From contig BTWA01000002.1 in assembly GCA_045863295.1 (NCBI GenBank), positions 70,399-134,398 of the forward strand: a DNA stretch of 64,000 nucleotides. Direction: 5' to 3'. The notes beneath the pieces were generated by a model. That model was not told where the DNA came from, searched no databases, and worked only from the letters and a program-made list of their open reading frames with translations. The translations under genes and the position numbers were made by a program. Position 1 is the stretch's first letter, and every line of letters begins with the position of its first letter. This stretch comes from Candidatus Hydrogenedentota bacterium (GTDB lineage: Bacteria; Hydrogenedentota; Hydrogenedentia; Hydrogenedentales; SLHB01). This document shows positions 48,227 through 58,932 of this stretch, piece by piece.

Positions 48227-48304
48227 TGGTCGGGGTGAGAGGATTCGAACCTCCGGCCTCTTCGTCCCGAACGAAGCGCGCTAGCCGGGCTGCGCTACAC
48301 CCCG
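48227..48304 (-). tRNA. tRNA-Pro (anticodon CGG)
   Basis: CGGGGTG acceptor stem, CTTCG-TTCGGGA-CGAAG anticodon arm, GGTTCGAATCC T-arm, encoded CCA. Confidence 0.97.
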
Positions 48305-48566
48305 CCGACCAAGGGAATATGCTACCGTTTGAAGGCGGGGTGTGTCAACTTTTCGCCGGGCGGAGCGCTGCGGAACCGCGAGAGCAACAGTCCATTGATC
48401 CCGCCTTCGCAGGCATTGCACTATAGGACCGCGAACGTCGGCAGCGGCAAATCCGAAGGAGGTTCGTGCGTGTCAACGCATGGCTGGCGGCAAGCGTTTT
48501 AGCCCATGACGGCACCACACGTCCCGGACTGGGCGGCCGGATTAGTTGCGGAGGGAGTGAATCGAG

Positions 48567-49577
48567 ATGAGCGACGCCAAACGTAGGAGGGGGCTTCGAA
48601 CCCTGGAATTTGCCGCTGTACTTGCGCTGATTGTCGTAGGCCTTATGCTCGCCCTTCCCGTTATCCGCAACTCGTTTTTTGCCAAACCTCCCCGCCTGTG
48701 CGTGGATAACCTGAAACAGTGGGGCCAATGCCTGAGCATGTACCGGAACGACTATGTTACGGCCGATCCTCCGCTGCACGGATTTGAAAAGATAGACGAG
48801 TCGGAGGCGTGGCAGGGGTGCGAAAACGTCAACCCCAATTTCAATTTCATCCCCGACATGGGCCTTATGATCCCGGAGTACATGAACGACCTCGGCTTGT
48901 TGTCGTGTCCCGACTCCATCTATTCACACCCGGCCAAAAAGGCAGGCCCGTTCCTGCTTAGTCCGGCCAGCGGTCCCACCACGGAACTGGGCGTCGTGTC
49001 GAAATCCGCTTTCAGCCCCTGCGCGCACGATGGACTCGTCACCAATGGTGACGTGTCGTACACCTACCTCGGTTTTATGATCGACCGCGCCGGCGACAGT
49101 GACCTCCAGGTGGATGAAGCCACCGCCCGCCGGCTGAACTTGCCCGCCACGGGCCCGGCCCAGGTCGTCGCCGTGTTACGGCAATTGGAAGAAGACGTTG
49201 TCCGGAACGAAGAACCCCGCTTGGTCGATGTCGATCTCCGTGAGTATTTCACAAGCGGTGATTGGGGGCTCATGACCAACGGAAACCGGCTCTTGGTGGA
49301 GTTGCCGGATTGGCCCTTTATTGGCCGTAATTACTACGGCATGACCGAATCTGAAGGCGGCGCCGCCAACACAAAACCTGTGAAGCGGGAGTGGCACAGC
49401 CGCGTGCCCACCATGTGGGACACCATCTATCAGGACGCCAACGGAATGCCCATCTTTTCCCACAAGAATCCCGAAGGCGTGAACGTGTTGTACATGGATG
49501 GACACGTCGAATTCGTCCCGTATCCTTCCCGATTCCCCGCATCCACCGCCTTTGCCACCATGAAGCGCATTCGGTAA
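48567..49577 (+). CDS. Prepilin-like protein (DUF1559 type) with C-terminal H-X9-DG motif
   Basis: RRRG/LRTLEF + TM, C.DNLKQWG...MY.ND, SHKNPEGVNVLYMDGHVEF. Confidence 0.8.
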   Translation: MSDAKRRRGLRTLEFAAVLALIVVGLMLALPVIRNSFFAKPPRLCVDNLKQWGQCLSMYRNDYVTADPPLHGFEKIDESEAWQGCENVNPNFNFIPDMGLMIPEYMNDLGLLSCPDSIYSHPAKKAGPFLLSPASGPTTELGVVSKSAFSPCAHDGLVTNGDVSYTYLGFMIDRAGDSDLQVDEATARRLNLPATGPAQVVAVLRQLEEDVVRNEEPRLVDVDLREYFTSGDWGLMTNGNRLLVELPDWPFIGRNYYGMTESEGGAANTKPVKREWHSRVPTMWDTIYQDANGMPIFSHKNPEGVNVLYMDGHVEFVPYPSRFPASTAFATMKRIR

Positions 49578-49710
49578 CCGCGCGCAAATCTTCCTCAGTG
49601 CGAAGGCGGAAACGCTTGATTCCGGCCTGTGTGTGGGATAGCATTCTCGGTTCCCACTGACACGGCCCAATGGCCGTGCAATGCCCTGTCATTCTTGGAG
49701 GAATCGGATC

Positions 49711-51102
49711 GTGGACTACCGCATCGAACGCGACACCATGGGAGAGGTAAAGGTCCCCGCGGACAAATACTACGGCGCACAAACCGCCCGATCCATGGTG
49801 AATTTCCATATCGGCACCGAACTGATGCCATACCAGCTCATCCGGGCGTTTGGCATCCTGAAAAAAGCATGTGCCATGGCGAATGTGGAACTCGGGCTGC
49901 TGGATAAAAAGCGGGCAAAGGCCATCTGTATGGCTGCCGATGAGGTGATCTCCGGCGAACTGAACCACCATTTTCCTCTTCGCGTGTGGCAGACCGGCAG
50001 CGGCACTCAATCGAACATGAACGTGAACGAGGTAATCGCGAACCGGGCTATCGAGATATTGGGGGGAAAACTGGGAAGCAAGGACCCCGTGCATCCCAAC
50101 GATCACGTCAACATGTCGCAATCGTCCAACGACACGTTTCCAACGGCCATGAGCATCGCCGCCGTGGACCAGATTCACCGCCGCCTGATTCCCGCGCTCG
50201 AACATCTCAAGAAGGCACTGTTCAAGAAGTCGCACGAGTTCCGCAAGATCATCAAGACCGGCCGGACGCACCTGATGGACGCAACGCCGCTTACCTTGGG
50301 CCAGGAATTCTCCGGCTACTTTCAACAGATCCAATACGGCATCAGCCACATCAAGTGTTCGCTGCCTCATCTCACGGAACTGGCGATCGGCGGAACCGCC
50401 GTCGGCACGGGGCTGAACACGAAGAAGGGATTCGACAAACTCGTCTGCAAGAAAATTAACGAGATTACGAAGCTCAGTTTCAAGCCGGCGCCCAACAAGT
50501 TTGAGGCACTTGCCGCGCACGACGCCATGGTGATGACGCACGGGTCCTTGAAGACCGTGGCATGCAGCATGATGAAGATCGCAAATGACGTCCGGTGGCT
50601 GGGCAGCGGGCCGCGATGCGGCATCGGCGAATTGTTGCTCCCCGAGAACGAACCGGGCTCTTCCATCATGCCGGGCAAGGTCAACCCTACGCAGTCGGAA
50701 ATGGTGACCATGGTGGCCGCTCAAGTCATGGGCAACGACGTGACCGTCAACGTGGCCGGCGCGTCGGGTAATTTCGAGTTGAATGTGTTCAAGCCGGTAA
50801 TCATCTACAACGTTCTCCAGTCCATTCACCTGCTGTCGGATGCCGCCGTCTCTTTCACGGACCGGTGCGTTGCGGGCATTGAACCGAACCGGGAACAAAT
50901 AAAAGAACACCTCAACCGCTCGCTAATGCTGGTCACGGCCCTGAACAGCCGCATCGGGTACGACAACGCCGCCAAGGTGGCCAAGGCCGCCCATGCCAAC
51001 AACACCACCCTCAAGCACGAAGCCGTAAAAATGGGCCTGTTGGCCGAAAAAGAGTTCGACCAACTGGTCGATCCCGCCAAGATGATTGGCCCGAAGGATT
51101 GA
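49711..51102 (+). CDS. fumC: Class II fumarate hydratase
   Basis: [42 protein letters not shown] start after GGAGG. Confidence 0.96.
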   Translation: MDYRIERDTMGEVKVPADKYYGAQTARSMVNFHIGTELMPYQLIRAFGILKKACAMANVELGLLDKKRAKAICMAADEVISGELNHHFPLRVWQTGSGTQSNMNVNEVIANRAIEILGGKLGSKDPVHPNDHVNMSQSSNDTFPTAMSIAAVDQIHRRLIPALEHLKKALFKKSHEFRKIIKTGRTHLMDATPLTLGQEFSGYFQQIQYGISHIKCSLPHLTELAIGGTAVGTGLNTKKGFDKLVCKKINEITKLSFKPAPNKFEALAAHDAMVMTHGSLKTVACSMMKIANDVRWLGSGPRCGIGELLLPENEPGSSIMPGKVNPTQSEMVTMVAAQVMGNDVTVNVAGASGNFELNVFKPVIIYNVLQSIHLLSDAAVSFTDRCVAGIEPNREQIKEHLNRSLMLVTALNSRIGYDNAAKVAKAAHANNTTLKHEAVKMGLLAEKEFDQLVDPAKMIGPKD

Positions 51103-51163
51103 TGCGAAAATGCCTGTGCATTGCGCATAGAACCGGTATTAGAAAACGGACTGTAAAAATCGC

Positions 51164-52900
51164 ATGAGCCATACATTCAAACGCACTCTGGTTACCAGCG
51201 CACTGCCCTATGCCAACGGCAATATTCACCTCGGACACATCGCCGGCGCATACCTGCCCGCGGATATCTATGTCCGGTACAAGCGCCTCAAAGGGGAATC
51301 TATCCTCTACATCTGCGGATCGGACGAACACGGCGTGCCCATCACGCTGACGGCATTGCTGGAAGGCGTTGAACCGAAAGACGTCGTCGACCGGTATTGG
51401 GCCGCGCAGGCGGAGGATTTCGATCGCCTCGGCATTTCATTCAATATCTACGGCCGGACTTCGTGGCCGTTGCACGTGGACACCACCCAGGCGTTCTTCA
51501 AGCAACTGGAAGCCTCCGGTTACATTGATGTGCAGGATATGGAATTGTGGTATTCGGAACAGTCCAACAAGTTTCTGCCCGATCGGTATGTCAAGGGAAC
51601 GTGCCCCAAGTGCGGATACGAAGATGCCAACGGCGACGAATGCGAAAACTGCGGCGCGCAGTATGCCGCCCACGAATTGGTTAATCCCCGTGTAAATATC
51701 CCGGGCGATTCCTCGAGGCCAGTGCTGCGCCAGTCCACGCACTGGTTCTTGCGCCTGCAGGATTTCGCGGAAGCACTTAAATCCTGGGTGGACGGACACG
51801 CCGAATGGCGGCCCAACGTGAAGGGCATCGCCTACGGATGGATCAACGAACTGCGCGCAAGATGCATTACCCGAGACACCGACTGGGGCGTGCCGATCCC
51901 GGTGGAATCCGAAACCGCCGAAGGAAAGCGCATCTACGTCTGGTTTGACGCGCCAATCGGCTACGTCACCAATACCCGCCAATGGGGCATCGACGCGAAT
52001 CAAGGCAACGACGCGTGGAAGACCTGGTGGAAAGATCAGGACACGCGCCTGATCCACTTCATCGGCAAAGACAACGTGCCATTCCATGCCGTCATATTTC
52101 CAGCCATGCTCATCGGACAGGGCGACTACATTTTGCCCGACAACGTGGTCGGCAACGAATACCTCAACGTCTTCAACCGCGAGACTGGCAAAGCGGAAAA
52201 GGGTTCGAAGTCAAAAGGCAACATGATTAGCGTGCGCTGGTTTCTCGATCGCTTTTCCAGAGACAGCCTGCGCTACTACCTTTCCGCCATTATGCCCGAA
52301 ACCAAGGATACCGCCTTCGACTGGGACGAGTTCATGTACCGGTACAACGGCGAGTTGTGCGACGTCGTCGGCAACTTCGTGCACCGTTCGCTTACCATGA
52401 CCGTAAAGAATTTCGACGGCAAGGTGCCCTCACCCGGCCCGTTAGACGATGACGACACGGCCTTGCTGGAGTCGCTGCCTTCATCGATCGACGGTGTAGC
52501 CGAGGCATTGGAAAGCTTCCGGTTCCGGCTGGCAACCGAACGATTCATCGACATCGGACGCAAAGCGAACCAGTATTTCGATACCAAAGCCCCATGGACA
52601 ACGCGCAAAACAGATTTGGAGCGTACTGCGACGACCCTGTTCGTGTGTTGCCAGGTCGTGCGCGCGTTGTGCACAACGATGGCCCCGTTCGCGCCCGACG
52701 GTGCGGCAAAGCTGGCCGGTATCCTGAATGTGACCTTGCCCAGTGGCGGCCCCAGCGGCGGATCCGATGCCTGGAATGCCGCGAAAGAGGTTTTACCGGC
52801 GGGATCGCCCCTGAATGTGCCCGAAGTCCTGTTTCCCAAGCTGGATCCCGATGTCATCGCGGCAGTTGCGGCCGATCACGCGACAGGCAAAGCGGTTTGA
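51164..52900 (+). CDS. metG: Methionine--tRNA ligase (no C-terminal EMAP domain)
   Basis: LPYANGNIHLGH, GSDEHG, CPKC..CENC knuckle, YVWFDA, FIGKDN, KGSKS. Confidence 0.96.
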   Translation: MSHTFKRTLVTSALPYANGNIHLGHIAGAYLPADIYVRYKRLKGESILYICGSDEHGVPITLTALLEGVEPKDVVDRYWAAQAEDFDRLGISFNIYGRTSWPLHVDTTQAFFKQLEASGYIDVQDMELWYSEQSNKFLPDRYVKGTCPKCGYEDANGDECENCGAQYAAHELVNPRVNIPGDSSRPVLRQSTHWFLRLQDFAEALKSWVDGHAEWRPNVKGIAYGWINELRARCITRDTDWGVPIPVESETAEGKRIYVWFDAPIGYVTNTRQWGIDANQGNDAWKTWWKDQDTRLIHFIGKDNVPFHAVIFPAMLIGQGDYILPDNVVGNEYLNVFNRETGKAEKGSKSKGNMISVRWFLDRFSRDSLRYYLSAIMPETKDTAFDWDEFMYRYNGELCDVVGNFVHRSLTMTVKNFDGKVPSPGPLDDDDTALLESLPSSIDGVAEALESFRFRLATERFIDIGRKANQYFDTKAPWTTRKTDLERTATTLFVCCQVVRALCTTMAPFAPDGAAKLAGILNVTLPSGGPSGGSDAWNAAKEVLPAGSPLNVPEVLFPKLDPDVIAAVAADHATGKAV

Positions 52901-53089
52901 TTTGCGTCCCTTTCGCCGTTTTTCACGGCTGAAGGCCATTCGTTTAATCTGATCGGCGACATTCCGCCATACTCCGTACAGGCGTCCACGGCGGACCGGC
53001 CGAGTGTGCCGAAAATCCGGAACTCCATTGATCCACAACGCTTTCGGTCCCATGATAGACTTGGTGCCCGAAGTTCATGGAATGATGCA

Positions 53090-54007
53090 ATGCCTGACTA
53101 CTTCGTGTTGTGCGTGGCCTGTGGGCAGGTGAACCGGGTGGCATCCGCGCCCATAGGTTCTTCCATCCGGTGCAAAAGCTGTAACCGGCCGGTCACGTTG
53201 ACGGAAGAGAATGCCGTGCCCACAGGCGAGGGCGAAACAGCCGCGCCCATGGAAATCGTATACGGTGAAGACAACGCCATGCGCGCGGCCTCGCGGCGTC
53301 AGGGCAAGGATTGCGATCGATGCGGAAAGCCGTTTCGTGGAGACTGGGATAAGCACGAAACGGAAAACGGCCTGCTCTGCAACATATGCGCGAATCAATA
53401 CCGCGAACCCGATCCGGGGTTCAGCAACCGCATTGAACCCATCGAAGACAACGAACTCCCTTTCGCCGATTGCAAACCTTCGGTAAACCCCGATGAACCG
53501 CCGCCGAAGACCCCTTTTGAAGAGAACATGCAAAAGGTGGCCATTGTAGGCGCAATCTTCGTGGTCGGATTGGGAATCCTGTTCTTCTTCTACGATCCGC
53601 AACCATTGCCCAGTATCGCGGATGAGGAATCGGCGCAACAGGCAATCGCGGACACGGCAAAAGACGTGCCTTCCTTGGTGTATTTCATTGCGTACGCATT
53701 TCGATTTGGCGCGGGCATCGCCGCGCAATTCATCGCGCTCTACCTTATATTGAGTTGGACGAAAAACTTGCCCAACGACACACTATGGAAGAACATTATT
53801 GCGCTTGCAGTCATCGCCGTCGCGCTCAGCGCCATTAACATGGTGCCCTGTTTTGGCACCTTTCTGGCCGTCGCATTCGTGATCTACCTCTACCGGGTGG
53901 ACTGGCAGGAAGCGTTTATTTTCCTCATCTTGACGTCCTTGGCGCACATCCTGGTTTGGGTCGCGGGCCAGTTCGTGGTAGGCGCACTGACATGGGTGTT
54001 TGCGTGA
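53090..54007 (+). CDS. Hypothetical membrane protein with two N-terminal zinc ribbons
   Basis: CVACG..CKSC, CDRC..CNIC; about 5 TM helices. Confidence 0.65.
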   Translation: MPDYFVLCVACGQVNRVASAPIGSSIRCKSCNRPVTLTEENAVPTGEGETAAPMEIVYGEDNAMRAASRRQGKDCDRCGKPFRGDWDKHETENGLLCNICANQYREPDPGFSNRIEPIEDNELPFADCKPSVNPDEPPPKTPFEENMQKVAIVGAIFVVGLGILFFFYDPQPLPSIADEESAQQAIADTAKDVPSLVYFIAYAFRFGAGIAAQFIALYLILSWTKNLPNDTLWKNIIALAVIAVALSAINMVPCFGTFLAVAFVIYLYRVDWQEAFIFLILTSLAHILVWVAGQFVVGALTWVFA

Positions 54008-54044
54008 TGGTCGCCACAGTCTCCGACCTCACGGCGGAATCGAA

Positions 54045-55178
54045 TCAATGACCATCGGCCGTTGAGAGATTCCCCTTCCGGTGGTCTATCGTCGAGTCGT
54101 CAAGAATATTGTTGTTGATCACAATCGGCTTCTGCGCTTCCGTTTCGTCATGGATCACAACGGTCACGCGCTCGAAAATGTTGGCCGTCACCAGTGTGTT
54201 CCCGCCCGAAATGTTCAAGGGCAGGCGATCGCCTTCCTTCGGGCCACGAATGTTGTTGCCGGTGACCACGGCGCCATAGCCGCGGATGTCCATGGCCGCG
54301 CCCAGCTTCCCGCCCTCCTCGATCATGATCACGTTATTCGCAATGACATGACGCTCCGATTCCGCCCAGGATCGAAAGCCGATGTCGATGTCGCCGGTGG
54401 GCATTACGTGTATGATGTTATTGGACATCAGAATGTTATTGCCGCGATCACTGCCGATACCAACATGCGTGCGGCCGGTGATTTCCACAAAGTTGCCGCT
54501 GATAATGCCGGGTCCCGTTAGTATTTCCACCGAATCGGATTCTGCGTTGCCCAGCCGGTTGTTGATCACCCGCATGTTCGATCCCTCGAGCATGATGCCG
54601 AGGCGGCGCGCATCCAGCACATGGCAATTCTCAATCGTAATATTGTGGTTCCGCTCACCGGTGGGTCCGCCGGGATGCGTGTAAAAAGCCTTGATGCCGC
54701 AAAACTCAAAACGCGCATGGGAGACGTTTGGATCGCCTTCCCCGTAGGGATTCTGGTCGCGGTTCTGATCGACCCAGAGATCCCGTAGAGTGATGTGCCC
54801 CACGCCAGATCCGATTATGCGAATGACATTGGTGCTCTGCTCCGGTCCAAGCACCAATTTGGTGGCCGCGCCCTGGCCCTCAAGCGTCACGTAGCTCCGA
54901 TCGATGATGACGCCTCCCAAAGCCCCTTCAACCTTGCGAATGTCGTAGGTGCCTTCCATCAGTGTCACTGTGCCGCCCGCGGGCGGAAGGGATTGGATGG
55001 CTCGGTTGATTTCCTCCTGATCGCCTTCGCCGTCCCCGATATAGTCGGCCGCTTCCTTGGCCTTTACGGAGGAATCCCGGGTCGCCACAACCAGCGAGGC
55101 GCTGCGCAGACGCTCCTGCGCAGGCGCGATGACGGCGAGACCCAGCACCAGCCCTATCAGTATCCAGACATTTTTCAT
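54045..55178 (-). CDS. Secreted right-handed parallel beta-helix protein (pectate-lyase-like)
   Basis: Signal peptide; ADYIGDG..DQEEIN.AI..L...GGTV.L.EGTY; repeated I.NN.I coils. Confidence 0.8.
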   Translation of the reverse strand: MKNVWILIGLVLGLAVIAPAQERLRSASLVVATRDSSVKAKEAADYIGDGEGDQEEINRAIQSLPPAGGTVTLMEGTYDIRKVEGALGGVIIDRSYVTLEGQGAATKLVLGPEQSTNVIRIIGSGVGHITLRDLWVDQNRDQNPYGEGDPNVSHARFEFCGIKAFYTHPGGPTGERNHNITIENCHVLDARRLGIMLEGSNMRVINNRLGNAESDSVEILTGPGIISGNFVEITGRTHVGIGSDRGNNILMSNNIIHVMPTGDIDIGFRSWAESERHVIANNVIMIEEGGKLGAAMDIRGYGAVVTGNNIRGPKEGDRLPLNISGGNTLVTANIFERVTVVIHDETEAQKPIVINNNILDDSTIDHRKGNLSTADGH

Positions 55179-55420
55179 TATTGATCCCCCTCACCGGCCG
55201 CGAACCGGTTGAAAGTGCATTATAGGCAGACCCACGCATGGGCGCACCTTAGGAATCCTCGCGGTTTAAAGGTCCTTCGAATCCCAAGGGGAGTCGAATT
55301 GGACTTGTCGAACCGGCGATCTACCCCTATACTATGCATGGGACTCGTGCCCGGGTGATCAACGGCTTCATTCAGAACGATCATGTATATGCTGCGATTC
55401 CAACTGCGAGGCACGATGAG

Positions 55421-55912
55421 ATGGGACTTCCACGGCGAAGGCGTTTGCGTCGGCCTGGACTTCCGGAAGCGCTGGCTGTCGCGGCGCTGCTGGGAGCGTT
55501 GGCCCCGCTTCTGGCCTGGCTGTATTACAGCGTCCAGCCTGCGTGGGTGGCAACGGGGGGTCACGTTACCAGCGGCAGCGTGGAGCTGCTCCATTATAAT
55601 GCCACCGATGTCCGGCCCAAGGTAAACCTCACGTATGAGTACGATGTATTGGGAAATACGTTCGCCGGCCGCTTTGAAGGCTTGTGGCCGGAGACCCATA
55701 GCCCGAACGCCTTGCTACCGGCAGACTTAAAGTATTTGGCACAACCGGGTTATACCCTGGTCGTGCTCTATGACCCCGCAAACCCGGACGAAAGCAGGCT
55801 CCACTACCTCGGCAATGAAGAATCCATGCCCTATGCACTTCTGAGCATCGCGGGATTCATCGTCGCCGGCGCTTATTGCCTGTTCGTCTACCCCGCGTGG
55901 CGTTCTCAGTAA
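55421..55912 (+). CDS. DUF3592-like membrane protein
   Basis: TM + W....G.V...Y.Y.V.G....G...V.YDP.NP.ES.L + TM. Confidence 0.7.
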   Translation: MGLPRRRRLRRPGLPEALAVAALLGALAPLLAWLYYSVQPAWVATGGHVTSGSVELLHYNATDVRPKVNLTYEYDVLGNTFAGRFEGLWPETHSPNALLPADLKYLAQPGYTLVVLYDPANPDESRLHYLGNEESMPYALLSIAGFIVAGAYCLFVYPAWRSQ

Positions 55913-55941
55913 CGCCGCGGATTCCCATCCCCGGCGCGCAT

Positions 55942-55971
55942 TTGACTTGTCCCGCGTTTATACGCTACTCT
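55942..55971 (+). promoter_or_regulatory. Putative sigma70 promoter of rpsD (TTGACT-18-TACTCT)
   Basis: Near-consensus hexamers about 100 nt upstream of rpsD. Confidence 0.5.
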
Positions 55972-56068
55972 TTCGCGTTTGTTATCCGTTCGGACCATGC
56001 CAGGATCGTGTCGTTGGAACGGTAATTTTGTCGCAAAAGAAGACCTCGGAGAGGACCGCGAAGGGATT

Positions 56069-56677
56069 ATGGCGAAGAAAATCGGACCGAAACACAAGTT
56101 GTGCCGGCGTCTTGGCTCGTGCATTTGGGGCAAACCCAATTGCCCGTCGGTCAAGCGGCCGTTTGCACCGGGGCAGCATGGCCCGAACCAGCGGAAGAAA
56201 ATGTCGGTTTATGGCCAACAGTTGCAGGACAAACAGAAACTGCGCACCCACTACGGCCTGTTGGAACGGCAGATGTGGCGCACGTTCTCCGAAGCCCAGC
56301 GCATGGGCGGCGTCACGGGCACGAACCTGTTGATGCTGCTGGAGTCCCGCTTGGACTCCATGATCTACCGCGCAGGCTACGCAAATACGATTCACGCGGC
56401 GCGTCAAGTCGTTGTGCACGGCCATGTGCTCGTCGACGGCAAGAAAGTGGACCGCCCGTCGTTCCGCGTCATGCCGGGAATGGCCGTGAGCATCCGCGAG
56501 AAGAGCCGCAAAGTTCCGATGATTGCGGCCGGCGCGGAACAACTGCCGACCTTCCTGCCGGAATACATCGAGCGTTCCGCGAAATCGTTCGAATTCAAGA
56601 TGTCGGCATTGCCGAATGCGGAAACGATTCCCTACAAGACCGACACCCAGGGCGTTATCGGTTTCTACAGCCGGTAA
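56069..56677 (+). CDS. rpsD: 30S ribosomal protein S4
   Basis: PGQHG, YGQQLQDKQKLR..YG, LESRLDS, ARQVVVHGHV.VDG, FYSR. Confidence 0.96.
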   Translation: MAKKIGPKHKLCRRLGSCIWGKPNCPSVKRPFAPGQHGPNQRKKMSVYGQQLQDKQKLRTHYGLLERQMWRTFSEAQRMGGVTGTNLLMLLESRLDSMIYRAGYANTIHAARQVVVHGHVLVDGKKVDRPSFRVMPGMAVSIREKSRKVPMIAAGAEQLPTFLPEYIERSAKSFEFKMSALPNAETIPYKTDTQGVIGFYSR

Positions 56678-56700
56678 GCCTCGAATCCAATGAATACCCC

Positions 56701-56737
56701 GGCGCCCCCAAGCGAAGTTTGGGGGCGCTGTTCTTTT
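56701..56737 (+). terminator. Rho-independent terminator after rpsD
   Basis: GCGCCCCCAA...TTGGGGGCGC followed by TGTTCTTTT. Confidence 0.8.
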
Positions 56738-56754
56738 ATCCGCGCGAGGCTGGC

Positions 56755-57888
56755 ATGATGCATGTTCCGTTTAACAGGGCCACCGTCTGCGGCAACGAAA
56801 TGGCATACGTGCAAGAGGCCGTCGCCAAGGGCGCCTTCTCCGGCGATGGCCCCTTCACGCGCAAGTGCGAAGCGCTGCTTCAGGAATGGTTCGGCTCGAA
56901 ACAAGTGCTGCTGACTACCTCCTGCACCCATGCCCTCGAAACCGCCGCGCTCGCGCTCCAATTCCAGCCCGGCGACGAAGTCATCATTCCCGCCTACACG
57001 TTTGTCTCCACCGCGAACGCCTTCGCGCTGCACGGCGCACGGCCCAGGTTTGTCGACGTGCGGCCGGATACGGTCAATCTGGATGAATCGAAACTGGAAG
57101 CAGCCATTACACCGCGCACGCGCGCCATCGTGCCCGTGCATTACGCGGGCGTGCCTTGCGCGATGGACGCTATCTGTTCAATTGCCGAAGCGCGCGGCAT
57201 CGCCGTGGTGGAAGACAACGCCCACGGCATTTTCGGCAGATACAAAGGCAAGCCGCTGGGCACGTTCGGCTGCATGGCAGCGCACAGTTTTCACGATACC
57301 AAAAACATCACCTGCGGAGAAGGCGGCGCACTCGCCGTAAACGAAGAACAGTATCGCGTACCCGCCGAAATCATCCGCATGAAGGGAACCAACCGCGCGC
57401 AGTTCGTGCGCGGCGATGTGGACAAATACTCCTGGCGCATGCTCGGGTCCAGCTACATCCCCGCCGATCTGCTGGCGGCGTTTCTCTACGGCCAATTGGA
57501 ACAGAGGGAAAAGATCCAGGCGCGCCGAAAAGAAATATGCGAAGCATACCGCGCCGCGCTTGCCCCATGGGCCGAACGCAATGGGATAGCACTCACACCC
57601 GAGCCAACGGACAGCACGCCCACGTATCATATCTTTTATGTGTTGCCGCGCGACGCGGACTCGGCAAAGCGCCTCTTCGCCCACCTGCGCGAACGCGGAG
57701 TTCACGTCTCGTACCACTACCCCGCTCTGCATCTCGCGGACATGGCCCAACAATTCGGCGCAAAACCAGGCGATTGCCCAATGGCCGAAAGTATCGCGGA
57801 GCGTTTGATTCGATTGCCGTTGTTTTACAGCCTGACGGATGACGAAGTCGCGTATGTGGCGGAATCAGCCGCCTCGTTCGTGCGGTAG
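56755..57888 (+). CDS. rffA: dTDP-4-amino-4,6-dideoxygalactose transaminase (DegT family)
   Basis: SGDGPFT..C, LTTSCTHALE, VHYAG, EDNAH, SFHDTKN..CGEGG, GTNR, DKYSW. Confidence 0.9.
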   Translation: MMHVPFNRATVCGNEMAYVQEAVAKGAFSGDGPFTRKCEALLQEWFGSKQVLLTTSCTHALETAALALQFQPGDEVIIPAYTFVSTANAFALHGARPRFVDVRPDTVNLDESKLEAAITPRTRAIVPVHYAGVPCAMDAICSIAEARGIAVVEDNAHGIFGRYKGKPLGTFGCMAAHSFHDTKNITCGEGGALAVNEEQYRVPAEIIRMKGTNRAQFVRGDVDKYSWRMLGSSYIPADLLAAFLYGQLEQREKIQARRKEICEAYRAALAPWAERNGIALTPEPTDSTPTYHIFYVLPRDADSAKRLFAHLRERGVHVSYHYPALHLADMAQQFGAKPGDCPMAESIAERLIRLPLFYSLTDDEVAYVAESAASFVR

Positions 57889-57914
57889 TCCGATCTCATG
57901 AAGGACAGGTGAGC

Positions 57915-58883
57915 TTAATCGCCGCGCAACGCATCCAACGCGGCCTGAAAGTCCGGCGGCAGTGGCGCGGTAAACATCATGCGCTCGCCCGTGCTCGGAT
58001 GTTCGAAACCGAGTTGTTCCGCATGCAACGCCTGTCCCTGCAACCCTTCCAGCGCGGCCTGAACCGGCTTCGACACGCCCAGCTTCGCATAATCGGTATA
58101 TCCATACACCGGATCGCCGAGGATATGATGCCCCGTGAACCGCAGATGTACGCGAATCTGATGCGTGCGTCCGGTTTCCAAGGTCAACGCCACCAACGCC
58201 GCGGCCCCGAACCGCTCCAACACGTCAAAACGCGTGGCCGCGTCGCGGCTGTTCACGCTGGTTACCGTCATCCGCGATCGATCGGCCAGACTGCGGCCAA
58301 TCGACGCCACAATGCGCCCGCTATCCTCTTTGAAATCGCCGCGTACAATTGCAAGATACCGTCGGTCGAAGGTGTGTTCCCGGGCCTGCTCCGACAGATG
58401 CGCGAAGGCCTTGGCCGACTTCGCAATCACCAGCAAGCCTGACGTGTCCCTGTCGATGCGATGCACGATGCCGGGGCGAACCGGGTCCTCGCCGGGACGC
58501 TGAAAATCCGCGCAATGGAACAGGATGGCGTTGAGCAACGTGCCCGAATAGTGGCCCGGCGCCGGATGCACCACAAGTCCCGCCGGCTTGTTGACCACCA
58601 GCAAATCCATGTCCTGATAGACAATCTCTATCGGGATGTTTTCAGGCGAAAGCGTGGTTGTGAGGGCATCCGGGATTTCCGCCGCCACCTTCTCGTCCAC
58701 GTTCATCGTGCGCCCCGGCCGGACACAGACGTGACCGTTGATCGTGACCTTGCCGTCTTTGATGATCTTTTTCAGAAACGATCGGGAAGCATCTTCGATC
58801 TGCCCCGCGAGGTAGACGTCAAGTCGCTCTCCGTCGTGGGTCTCTTCCACGATATCTTCGAATAGCGTTGGTTCGTGCGTCAT
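57915..58883 (-). CDS. rluD: RluA-family pseudouridine synthase (RluD-like)
   Basis: S4-like N-terminus, NKPAGLVVHP, GIVHRIDRDTSG, ETGRTHQIRVH, QALHA. Confidence 0.92.
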   Translation of the reverse strand: MTHEPTLFEDIVEETHDGERLDVYLAGQIEDASRSFLKKIIKDGKVTINGHVCVRPGRTMNVDEKVAAEIPDALTTTLSPENIPIEIVYQDMDLLVVNKPAGLVVHPAPGHYSGTLLNAILFHCADFQRPGEDPVRPGIVHRIDRDTSGLLVIAKSAKAFAHLSEQAREHTFDRRYLAIVRGDFKEDSGRIVASIGRSLADRSRMTVTSVNSRDAATRFDVLERFGAAALVALTLETGRTHQIRVHLRFTGHHILGDPVYGYTDYAKLGVSKPVQAALEGLQGQALHAEQLGFEHPSTGERMMFTAPLPPDFQAALDALRGD

Positions 58884-58932
58884 GGTTGCGTCGCCCTTTC
58901 AGACCTTCTTTCGCGCGTAACGAGGTGGACGC

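Noticed and set aside
48100..48330. Integrative element at tRNA-Pro
   Set aside because: No integrase and no duplicated tRNA 3' end seen; the tRNA is followed directly by its terminator.
56101..56754. N-terminal extension of the 595-aa ORF overlapping rpsD
   Set aside because: Alternate frame of rpsD that crosses its terminator; aminotransferase similarity starts at ATG 56755.
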